DNA of 55,045 nucleotides, the filler included, from Stramenopiles sp. TOSAG23-2 (taxonomy: Eukaryota), in assembly GCA_900128395.1 (NCBI GenBank). It is 3 parts of 3 records of this genome, joined end to end, with 100 filler letters (N's around TTAATTAATTAA, not from the genome) between each part and the next. Parts side by side here need not be neighbours in the genome. Positions count along the whole stretch, not along the records: positions 18,394 to 36,683 come from LT649611.1; positions 36,784 to 55,045 come from LT649612.1; 1 more part is not named here. One strand, given 5' to 3'. The position numbers were made by a program, and so were the translations under genes. Each line of letters opens with the position of its first letter. Position 1 is the stretch's first letter. Positions 34,645-44,900 of the stretch are shown piece after piece. Under the pieces are notes generated by a model, which ran no database searches, was not told the origin of the DNA, and worked only from the letters and a program-made list of their open reading frames with translations.

Positions 34645-35550
34645 ATGCATGGAAAATTATACTCCTCGTTTGATCGTGTAACCAAACGACAAAATGGTTT
34701 AACTTTGTTGGAAAGGAAACCACCACGTAATCCAAAATTTGCAAATGTGAAAGGTACATTGGATACAGGGAATTCATTTTCAAAAGTGAAATTAATATCG
34801 AACCGTGAATACATACGACGTCGTAGTGAAATATTCAAACGTGTACGTGCATTAACTGTATATGAACTTATACAAGAAAATGAAGAGCAACAGGAAAGTA
34901 TCAACAACTTAGTGGATGAAGGAAAAGAACAACAAGCACCATTGTCGCCTGGTTCGATGGTCGTAGTTGATGCAAAAGCAAATGGCGATAAATTTAAAAA
35001 GCCATATTTAATATTGGATTGCCGATCCTCCCCGGATGATTATGAAATATGTCGTATCAGTACTTCAAAACATTATCCAGCAGATTGGTTACGTCATGAC
35101 CGCATTACACCTACTTTATATCATTATAAAAATAGGGAAAACAAAGTTATTGTTGTATACACTTTGGATGATCGTGAAGGTAGAGTAGTTGCAAGGCAAT
35201 TTGTAGAGAAGGGTTTTGACAATGTCTTTCTTTTGACTGGTGGTTTAGAAGCATTTATCAAAGATTTCCCACAATCCGTGGAAGGTTCATTACCAGAGGA
35301 AGCTGGTATGGATGAACAGTTACGAAGAACAGCAAATAAACGACCACCATTAGGAAATAGTACAAACAAAAATAAATTAACACGTGGCAATATTGCAAAA
35401 GCTGGTTTAGATACGCCAGGAAAGCGTAGTGGTAATAGAACTGGTAGGAGCACTGGTAGGAAAAGTCAACGTAATGCACCATCCGTCGCGCCGACTAATT
35501 TTAGTACTATGTCGAGGACGGAAACATTGTTAAATTGGAAAAAAAAATAG
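34645..35550 (+). CDS. CEP41: Centrosomal protein of 41 kDa (rhodanese-like domain)
   Basis: P.NPKFANVKGTLDTG, PYLILDCR, YKNRENKVIVVY, FVEKGFDNVFLLTGGL; ATG at 34645. Confidence 0.85.
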   Translation: MHGKLYSSFDRVTKRQNGLTLLERKPPRNPKFANVKGTLDTGNSFSKVKLISNREYIRRRSEIFKRVRALTVYELIQENEEQQESINNLVDEGKEQQAPLSPGSMVVVDAKANGDKFKKPYLILDCRSSPDDYEICRISTSKHYPADWLRHDRITPTLYHYKNRENKVIVVYTLDDREGRVVARQFVEKGFDNVFLLTGGLEAFIKDFPQSVEGSLPEEAGMDEQLRRTANKRPPLGNSTNKNKLTRGNIAKAGLDTPGKRSGNRTGRSTGRKSQRNAPSVAPTNFSTMSRTETLLNWKKK

Positions 35551-35679
35551 TATCATAAAATTGTGTATGTAAAGTCAACGTAATGCACCATCCGTCGCGC
35601 CGACTAATTTTAGTACTATGTCGAGGACGGAAACATTGTTAAATTGGAAAAAAAAATAGTATCATAAAATTGTGTATGT
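35462..35679. repeat. Exact 109-bp tandem duplication at the CEP41 3' end (probable artefact)
   Basis: 35462-35570 is identical to 35571-35679. Confidence 0.9.
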
Positions 35680-36161
35680 CATTATTATTCGTTTGTAGAA
35701 AAGAAATAATTATAAAGAGATTAACATGTGAGTTTTTCAAAAAAGTTTGATGTGTGTGGAGTGTGGAGACATGCGTCGCGTTGGTGTAATATGGAGTGTG
35801 GTGTTTAGATCAATCCAATTTGTTTGTATTTAAAATTTTAAAAAAATATATATACGAAGTTCGTATATTTTTTCATCTTTCATCTGTCCTCTTCCGGTTT
35901 AATTTGTATTAAAACGCGTGCATCTCGTCCATATATATATAGATCATGTTACATGCATAATAGAAAACACATTGTTCCAAATATATATATATATACGTAT
36001 TATTATAATTTAAATTCACAATTAAAATTAATATTATACAATTATATAGTACAAGAGACGTGTATTGTATTGTATAAAAAACAGAAAAGTAGTACTTCTC
36101 GTAAAATCTCCGACAAGCAATATATATATATATATATTTAGGTTTTCACTAAGCAAATTAT

Positions 36162-36683
36162 ATGAACATGGCTTCAATTATAAATAATAATAACACGGAT
36201 GATGAGAGCAAAGGTGAAGATATTACAAATAACCATGCAGGCGTTCTTGTTTTGGATCCTATAATTGTGCAAGAGATGAGTGAAATGACTATTGTTAATG
36301 ATGATCCGTCATTCATTGATATATTGCCAAGTGGTGGTGCTGGGCGGAATATTGTTTATACCATCCTTAGTATGTTAGATATGAAATCAGTAAGGTCATT
36401 GATCTATTCATCCTTTATTCAATTATTTTGTAAAAATCGAAACGATGATACATTATATCAACTGTGTAAAGACATACAATATCAATTTAAAATACAATTG
36501 GCGAAAGAATTAAAGATTAAATACGAAGAAGAATTTCCAAAAGGTACGCCAATAGTATGTGCATGTGAAAAAGGATGTTTTGAGGATGTGAAATTATTGA
36601 TTACAGGTCGTAATGATGTGAATGGTAGTAATGGTAATAATAATAATATGACATTGAAAGAATACGTGAATCAAGTCGGTAAA
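36162..36683 (+). CDS. Ankyrin-repeat protein, 3'-truncated by contig end; possible F-box-like segment
   Basis: GTPIVCACEKGCFEDVKLLI ankyrin repeat; DILP....IVYTILSMLD is F-box-like; ORF runs into Ns. Confidence 0.65.
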
Positions 36684-36783
36684 NNNNNNNNNNNNNNNNN
36701 NNNNNNNNNNNNNNNNNNNNNNNNNNNTTAATTAATTAANNNNNNNNNNNNNNNNNNNNNNNNNNNNNNNNNNNNNNNNNNNN
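36684..36783. other. Artificial contig linker (N44-TTAATTAATTAA-N44)
   Basis: N runs around a six-frame stop linker. Confidence 0.97.
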
Positions 36784-38258
36784 AGAATATAGATCTAGAT
36801 ACTGAGCATAGTAGATATATATCCGTGTAATATCTTCTATCTTCTATCCACTGTATAAGTTGAAACCCACCCCCACTAGCAGCACACCAGAACACAACAT
36901 GGGAATATCATTAGACACTATATTTATAGCGTAACCTACTTACTGGCGGCCTCTATTCTCAGTTCATCTTTTGTTACGTATCTGGTGCTCTGGTATTATT
37001 TTGTCGAAAAAATAAATCAGTTGCAAAATAAAAAGGCCTACAAGCACCTATTTATATTAGTACTACTCATAATACCATCTCACACAGGTAAAGGATACCA
37101 GGTAGCTCTAGCTAGCGGGCTAGCTATCTAGTGGAAATACCGTGGCAATTTAATATAATACGGTTATTTCGTTAAAAAAGATGCATATATATGATGTACA
37201 TATATATGGGACGGACATAAAACATATACAATACAGAGAAACAGACAACATTTTATTAGTTACAAAAGATATCCTTTTATAAAATAGAAATTACATATTA
37301 TCTAAACATATTAAAAATACAATTGTAAACGGGTGTCAAATATGAAAAAAGCAATGAAACGTTGTTGTAGAAACCAAGCTACACAATTAATTTTCTTAGT
37401 TATTTTCATCCCTGCCATGTTATTGCCGATTGAACAGAAATTTAAAAAATATTTTTTAATACAAAAATATTTATAATCAAAACAATTGTAGAGGAAGGGA
37501 GGAAATATTTTTAATATCTCTTAACAATTTTTAAAAAAATTTAAATATCATTTTTTATGTGTTTAATTTTTTACGTACGAAGTATTAAAAAATATTTTTT
37601 ATTTATAAAAGCTACGTAAAAAGAAAAATTTACCCCTGAACTTCGTTAAAAAAATACGCGGAATCGATTAAAAAAGGGTGTGTTTTTATATTTTTACATT
37701 TTATATAAAATATATTAAAATATAAAAATATACGTATGGCTCAAATCGGCAAAGATTTCCCCAGGGCCTGTGTAGGCGTAGCTAAAATATGCTAATTTTA
37801 TGTAATGATATATACCTTCTAAATTTTAGCGCATGGACTCTTCCTCTTCCATTCTTGGTCAATTTCAGGTCCTCCAATGCTTTGTTATAATCTCCGAACC
37901 TAGAAGGATCTAGGAGCTGACCTTCGACCCCGGAAATCGACTTATCTCACTTTATGAGATTTGACCATTTCCAGATCGAAAAATTGAAAAATGAATTGAA
38001 AGGACCGTCTCTGGCCATCAAAAAAAAATAAAAAATTAATAATTGATAAACTTTTCGTTAATAATGTGTATCGTTTCGATTTCTCGACCAATATAATATC
38101 TAAATATATGTGTTAGAAGCTAGTAAAGTGTCATTGCTCATACAAAAATATGTTATTATAATAGAACTGTCATCGTTTTTATATAGATGTTTATAGTTTA
38201 ATATATTATAACAAACAAATATTTTTTGATTATTGTAGATTTTGGTTGAAAATAGACT

Positions 38259-41200
38259 ATGGCAGACAGCTGGACTTGCAAAGAATGTGGTAGAGGTGAT
38301 AATAAGCACCATATTCGCCTCAACTTTTATTCTTGTAATTATTGTCACCCAAGGAAGCCAAAAGGAAAGAGAAGAAGAGTTAAAAAATATGTTAGAGCTA
38401 ATAAACAACAAAAACAACATCCATCAGATATGCGTTCTCCAATACCATCATCATCATCAAGTAATAATAATAAGAATAATAATAATAGTAATAATATAAA
38501 GATTAAGTCCAAATCCAGACGAAATACACGTACCAAAATTAGTGATGCAAACAAAGCATATTGCAAGATGCAGATTGAACATTATACTTTATTGTGTGGG
38601 ATGTTAAATCAATTGGACTTTACATTAGAGATAGACCATATCAGACAGATCAAAAAGATATATGTATATAAATATTTTGAGCAGATGATTATGTATTATC
38701 GCTCTGAATCAAAGAATAGGGCAACAACAAAGGTCCATGAGATTGCAAGTAAAGTTGCAAAGGATCCATCTATAGGTGGTTTGCCTTACAAACGCGGTAA
38801 AAAGCGTCATGGGAAAGTGTCTGGAAGACAAGTAAGAAATTGGGCAAAACAATTTATCCAATCTGGAGATTTCAAAAAGAATGAAGTTGGTCTATGGGAA
38901 AGGTATAATGTGATAACACATGAGGAAGATGTTAAACAAAAAGTATTGGAATACCTGAACGAACATATTGGTGTTGAAAAGACGTTCAAAATATTTAAAA
39001 ATGGTAAAAAATCCAAAGGATTTCGACGGATGAAAAAATTTAATATGTCACAATTTAAAAGGAAAGTAAATGCAATTCTTAAAGAATCAAAGATTTTGAA
39101 AAATAAAGGAAAGTCAAAAAAACAAATAAAACAACCAACATCAACCGCACCAATAGCACCAATAGCACCAATAGCACCAATAGCACCAATAGCTCAACTA
39201 GCAACAACTACTACTACCACCACCACCACCACCACCACCACCACAACAACAACAACTACTACTACCACAGCAACAACACAAAATGCAATACCAAGTAATG
39301 TAGTAGAAAATGATGCTAATAATAATAATAATAATAACAATAACACCAATGAAAATGATAATGCAACTGAGACTGTAGAGCCTGAATATATGACTGTTTC
39401 TGATAAAGTATTATATCAATGGCTTAATCTCCTTGGTTTCACATATGGTTCTGTAAAAAGTCGTGGGTATGTTGATCGTCATAATGACGACGATGTTGTT
39501 AAATATCGTCAAAATAAATTTTTGCCGAAATATTATGAACAAGAACACCGCATGTATCACTGGATATCAATAAAAAATGACAATGGTGAACCAACTACAT
39601 TTCATATAGATACTTATACCCGTTGGTTTGAGGCACAATTTGGCCAAGAATTTGATTTAACTAAACTTGGTCCATATCGTGGGCAATTACATCTAGATTT
39701 TGTTCAAGATGGTGGAGCAGTAGACCATTTAGATCATCATATGCAGCCATTAATACCTGTCTTTCAAGATGAATCTACATATGGTTCAAATGAAACACCA
39801 AAATATGCTTGGTCTAAAATTGGTGGTGATGTTACAATGTCAAAAGATGATGTTGGCCAATCTGTCATGATAAGTGGTTATTGTACTGAATTTGATGGTA
39901 TTATTACTATGACAAGTGAACAACTTGCAGAAGTAAATTACAACCGTCAAAATGCAGGTAAACAAGATCTGAAGTATAAAGAATTAGCAACTGCATTTAA
40001 GTATGGTAAAACACATGAAGGGTATTGGAATGCAGAATTAATGCTTGAAGATATAGATGATGCCATAGATGTATGTGAAGTTGTATATAGTGGTAATCAG
40101 ATGTTTTATTTTTTTGATCATAGTACTTGCCATGGTGCATATGCAGATGATGCATTACGAGCAGAGCTTATGTCAGCTGGTCCAGGTGGAAAACAACCAT
40201 TAATGCATCCTACAACATGGAAAGATGAAGAAGGAAACATAAATGAACAATCAATGGTATTTGAACCAGGAGATATTCCAGTTGTCCCATTTACTGATGG
40301 AATAGATGCTCATATTGGTGAAGCTAAAGGCTTACGGCAAGTGTTATTTGAACATGGTTTGATCACAGAGGAAGTAGCACAAATTAAGCGATTTGTAAAG
40401 AAGAAAGATGGAAATGGTGGTGTGAATGCTGATGGTAAGAAAAAGAAAAAAAAGAAAAAAAAGGTAAAATATATTCCACCAGAAGTAATAACATGGTTAG
40501 ATGAAGATGGGAAATTACAACCTGGAACAAAAAGGAACGGTAATTGTGGATGTTCTGCCAGTCTTCCATTGCCAAATATAGATTTACATGATGTTGGAGA
40601 AGAAGAAAAAGCGAAGTTTTATAGAATCTATGGATGTGGAGAAGATTTGATGCCAAATAAAAGGATTGAAGAAGAATGTGTAGATCCTGATAATCCAACG
40701 AGGATACATCCTAATTGCACTGCTTCCTTACATAAATGCTGTAGTTATTATGCATGTGCATATTGCCATAATCAATATCATAAAAAGTGCTTGGGTCTAG
40801 ATCCATATAAAGGCTTCAGTAAAGATGCTGAATTTTTCAACGAGAAAGATTTTATATGTCCAGAATGTATTATTTGTGCAAAGGAAGATTTAGCATATAT
40901 ATCACCATCTGATACTGATGATGAAAATGAAAATGAGGAAGAGGAGAAGGTGAGTGATGATAATGATGGCAACAATGATGCTAATGCTAATATTAATGGA
41001 AGTAGTAGCAATAGTAGTAATAATAACAGCAATAGCAATAATAGTATTAATAGTGATAATAATAATATTATTGCTATGGATGTAGATGAAGAAGAAGAAG
41101 AAGATTATTCACTTAAAGGGTTACGTAAATTAATGGCAGAACAAGAGGATTTTATGAACCAAAAATCGCAGGTAGAAGAACTAATTGTAAGACGGAATCA

Positions 41201-41549
41201 TCTTTGTTTGTTTCTTCCAAAATTCCATTGTGAATTAAACATGATTGAGTTGATATGGGGAAGGAGTAAAAGATTTGTACGTGACAGAACAAACGGCCAG
41301 TTTGATCGTCTACTCTATGGCGATAAGAACTATGAGAAAGGTCTAATTTTTTTATCATATGAAGTTGGTGAAGGTAAAAATATGACCAAATCATTAGTTT
41401 TTAAATATGCTCGTAAATGCCGCGAGTTAATGAATATTTATCATAAAAATATTGAGTCGGCGAATCTGCATGCGGTACGTGCTTCATATAAGAGCCATAG
41501 ACGCGCATCAGAACGTCTTCAAGCAGTTTTTGATGCACAACGTGCATAA
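38259..41549 (+). CDS. DDE transposase (1096 aa) with N-terminal Zn ribbon and inserted PHD-like finger
   Basis: FQDES (D504), FFDHSTCH (D620), FLPKFHCELNMIELIWGRSKR (E997); WTCKEC..CNYC at the N-terminus; CAYCHNQYHKKC...FICPEC insert. Confidence 0.88.
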   Translation: MADSWTCKECGRGDNKHHIRLNFYSCNYCHPRKPKGKRRRVKKYVRANKQQKQHPSDMRSPIPSSSSSNNNKNNNNSNNIKIKSKSRRNTRTKISDANKAYCKMQIEHYTLLCGMLNQLDFTLEIDHIRQIKKIYVYKYFEQMIMYYRSESKNRATTKVHEIASKVAKDPSIGGLPYKRGKKRHGKVSGRQVRNWAKQFIQSGDFKKNEVGLWERYNVITHEEDVKQKVLEYLNEHIGVEKTFKIFKNGKKSKGFRRMKKFNMSQFKRKVNAILKESKILKNKGKSKKQIKQPTSTAPIAPIAPIAPIAPIAQLATTTTTTTTTTTTTTTTTTTTTTATTQNAIPSNVVENDANNNNNNNNNTNENDNATETVEPEYMTVSDKVLYQWLNLLGFTYGSVKSRGYVDRHNDDDVVKYRQNKFLPKYYEQEHRMYHWISIKNDNGEPTTFHIDTYTRWFEAQFGQEFDLTKLGPYRGQLHLDFVQDGGAVDHLDHHMQPLIPVFQDESTYGSNETPKYAWSKIGGDVTMSKDDVGQSVMISGYCTEFDGIITMTSEQLAEVNYNRQNAGKQDLKYKELATAFKYGKTHEGYWNAELMLEDIDDAIDVCEVVYSGNQMFYFFDHSTCHGAYADDALRAELMSAGPGGKQPLMHPTTWKDEEGNINEQSMVFEPGDIPVVPFTDGIDAHIGEAKGLRQVLFEHGLITEEVAQIKRFVKKKDGNGGVNADGKKKKKKKKKVKYIPPEVITWLDEDGKLQPGTKRNGNCGCSASLPLPNIDLHDVGEEEKAKFYRIYGCGEDLMPNKRIEEECVDPDNPTRIHPNCTASLHKCCSYYACAYCHNQYHKKCLGLDPYKGFSKDAEFFNEKDFICPECIICAKEDLAYISPSDTDDENENEEEEKVSDDNDGNNDANANINGSSSNSSNNNSNSNNSINSDNNNIIAMDVDEEEEEDYSLKGLRKLMAEQEDFMNQKSQVEELIVRRNHLCLFLPKFHCELNMIELIWGRSKRFVRDRTNGQFDRLLYGDKNYEKGLIFLSYEVGEGKNMTKSLVFKYARKCRELMNIYHKNIESANLHAVRASYKSHRRASERLQAVFDAQRA
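39146..39345 (+). repeat. Coding low-complexity repeats: (GCACCAATA)5, poly-Thr and poly-Asn trinucleotide tracts
   Basis: APIAPIAPIAPIAPI, a long T run and an N run in the transposase. Confidence 0.85.
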
Positions 41550-41971
41550 TTACGCTTTGTGCATTTTGTACACATGAAATAATTGATGATATGTCCAGAA
41601 AATGTGAAAATGTAAGAAAAAAATCAAAAAATTAATGATATTTACATGTAAAATTATAAAAGTTAAAATATTTTAATAAAAAGTTTGTATGCACGTCACA
41701 CTAATTATTCTACACATGCCTTTAAATTTTTATACGCTAATATTAAGAATTGGCTGAGTTATCGTCGTTTGCATGGGGGAAATCTTTGCCGATTTGAGCC
41801 ATAACAAAAATAAAAAATATAATAAAAAAATTATTTACGCAATGATATGTAACACACACAATATTCTCTCTCTCATATTTTTCTATGATAGATGATATTT
41901 ATATTTTACGAACGTATATATTACCAGTATATCATTATCAAAAATTAATATATATATTTTTACAAAAAAAG

Positions 41972-44900
41972 TTAATCATTCATGTTCAAAATACACGCAA
42001 CACCTTCAAATACCCAATGATTAGGTTTTTCATTTGTAGCTAACTCAATAGCAACAACATAATTTGTGCTTATTCCTGTTGTACTCAATGCTCCTGCTCT
42101 TACAGTAGTTTTATAAACTGGGCATAAATAATTTTCCTTGGCTGGTATATGATCTTTCGTTGGTAAAAAGTGTATCATAGGCATTTCACTAAACATTTCT
42201 CCTGGATGAGATTCATTTAAAACCATTTGTTCTTGATCAAATCGAGCACCTTCCATCCATAAACCATATATGAACACGCCATTTCGCGGTGCTCTTAACT
42301 GTGTGATATCCACAGCCTTTGGTCCAACATTCACCACTGAAAATGAAAAATCTAACGAGCTTATTGCTACACTATGTCGTCTTGCATGAACCTGCAATAC
42401 CCCAGTTAAAAACCCTTGTGGGAAAAAGAATAAATATAATGGAAATGCATTCGGGCGCCCTTTCTTCAACCAAGTTCTCATAAACTCAATTCGTATTTTC
42501 AAATCAATGGTATATGAAGCTAAAGGTTTCAATGAGTCATAATTCAATTGTTTCCATAAACGTGGTATGTTATTGTACAACAAATCATCATACATGCCTT
42601 CCAAATCTGCTGACATTACTACTAAACCTTTAATGGCTTTTTGTAATTCTTTCACTGTTTTCTTAGCTAAACGCAACAAACGATTGAATTTTTTCATTTC
42701 TTGACTTAATACTGTCGCCAATGAGTCCATTAAACCCTCTGAATCAATTTTAAAAGTTGTTTTCCCTGCGTTTCTCATATCTAATTCATCCGGTATATCG
42801 TCCTCCAACGATGCTGCAATTTCTTGTACTTTTTCATCCGGTGTTTTCCCGCCTGCACCACCACCAGAACTTGCTCGCGGCTGCATCATCAAAATAACAT
42901 TCACCATTTCCGTCGTTTGCTGCATTTGCGAAGCTACATTTGCATTTTCATGCATACCAAATATTTCTGGATCATCTTTCAAAGGCAGACTTGATACGTA
43001 TTCTAAGCATTCTTCGTATGATGCATCGCCACTTGGAGCTTTATAAATACCACTTTCGCTTAAAGTGTATGATTCCTCTAAAATACTTGGAGTGTAATAT
43101 TTACTTAAAATTTCCATCAAACATCGTCTATCCCAATCATCCGTAACTCTACCGCCATAATTAATGTCTCCCGTAACATACGTTAACGAATCCCATGGAA
43201 CAAGATTTTCCGTGGTTTCAGCAGCATCCAACAGAAAGTTTCGTAAAACTTCGATTGACGTTTGTAAATCACTATCATTGAATTCATAACGTATATTCCA
43301 TCCCAATGGCCCGAATTTTCTTCGCTCCTGAGTCATAGCATGGAAAAATGTTACGCCAAAAAGTATTTTCTTCCATCGCCTCTTTTCGTCAACCTTTTCA
43401 AACTCTTCCCACGTCTCTTCAGGGATCATTAATCCAAAGGAGCGCTTGATATTTGCACGTAATCCTTGAGGTGGTTCATTCGTCATTTTAATACTATTTT
43501 GCAACACAGATACTGGAAAATAAGATGCAGGGAACGAAGTCAAAAATAATCTAAAGTCATCGTTGATGTCTTGAGCTTCGTCAATTAAATCAAATACTTG
43601 TCTTTCTAAACGAGTCATCCAACTTTTTGCTAAATGACAATTTTGTAGCAAAACCCAATCGCCGGTCTCCCGCGCATCTTTTATCATTGCCTCTGCCCTT
43701 GGACCTTGTCCTTGGCCCAATGAGATCACTTGTAATCTTTCTCCATAATCTTTGCTTTTAGCTAATTGTAACAACAATTCAGTTGGATCAGCACCTGAAA
43801 CTAAAACAAAGATACACGGAGTGATTTTATTTGTGTCATTGTATACGTCCAACATGGACACAGTTGGTGCTACGGCAAAGGATTCACCTAGTTTAGATGA
43901 AACGAAATCTGTTGCAGCAAAAACAAGTTTTTCTTCTTTCAAACAACGAATCACCAATAATTTTTGGAATGCCGTTAAGCCGTACGTACCTGTATCTTCT
44001 TCGTCTTCTTCAAGTTCTGCCTCGTCACTTTCGTCATCAGCTGCAACAGCCTTTATGACTTTAGGTGGCAATGACCATTTACCTGGCAAATCTGCACGAT
44101 GAGGCTCTTTTCCTTGAATCCATTCTTTCCATTTATCAATATCTTGTGTAAAAGCATCGGAGAAACCTTCAAATGCGTATGGCAAATCAATTTCTAAACC
44201 TAATACATTATCCCATTGAGTTTCAGATAAAAGCACAGGGTCTGGATTTTCTTTTTTCTTATTCCCTCCACTTTTATTTTTATCTTTACCCCCTGCCTTT
44301 TTATCTTTTTCATCTTCTTCAGCATCAGTAATGATAATAGGCGATGGACCGCGCAACAATATGTTCCATTCTTGATCAGTTAAATCGCCTTTTTCTCTTA
44401 AAATTTGCACACACGTGACAAAGGCAAATGTATTTTTATGTTTTTCGAATAAACCACGACAAATATTTTTATACACATAATCCGTTAGATATTCAATCAA
44501 ATTGAAAAGCCTGATCTGTAAGTCATCATTCTCCTCTGCTTCATCTAAACAATTGTCAAATAATCTACAGTAATAGTCTAAACTGTATTGATACATCGGA
44601 TCAACAACTGAGAAATCTGCAATAACAAAATATATAATTGATCCTCGAACAGACATCGGCTTATATTTGTTTCTAAGCTCAGTAATTTCAATTTCTGTTT
44701 TCTCAGATTCTGCCACTCGCTCTTTTATAATATTAGATGTTGTTTTGGAACTTGCTAGTACATTGATTAGCTCAATATTGTCTAATATATTTCCATCTGA
44801 CTCCGCTAGTAATTTCAAGATTTTACTTTCAATATCTTTCAATTGTTGTTTATCATCAGCCATGCTAATGACTAAATTATCTTTCTTTTGCTCTACATCT

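Larger units (their letters stand above)
37737..41801 (+). mobile_element. Complete 4065-bp DNA transposon, IS630-Tc1-mariner-like, 26-bp perfect TIRs, TA target duplication
   Basis: TGGCTCAAATCGGCAAAGATTTCCCC at 37737-37762 and its exact reverse complement at 41776-41801; TA at 37735-36 and 41802-03; single transposase ORF inside. Confidence 0.92.

Noticed and set aside
18294-36783. TTAATTAATTAA palindromes and gene linkage across them
   Set aside because: Artificial linkers inside N runs; the contigs are of near-equal, descending length (18293, 18290, 18262), so they appear size-sorted and unlinked. The methyltransferase and the transposon cannot be treated as one locus
3090-37116. AGCTAGC recurring in upstream regions (3090, 9119, 10092, 16908, 37110)
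   Set aside because: Only 7 bp and also present inside coding sequence; cannot be distinguished from background by eye
37342-37476. 44-codon ORF with a hydrophobic stretch
   Set aside because: Too short, no recognisable family
37797-37945. Minus-strand open frame inside the transposon (GDYNKALEDL, TPR-like)
   Set aside because: About 48 codons, no start codon; the resemblance may be chance
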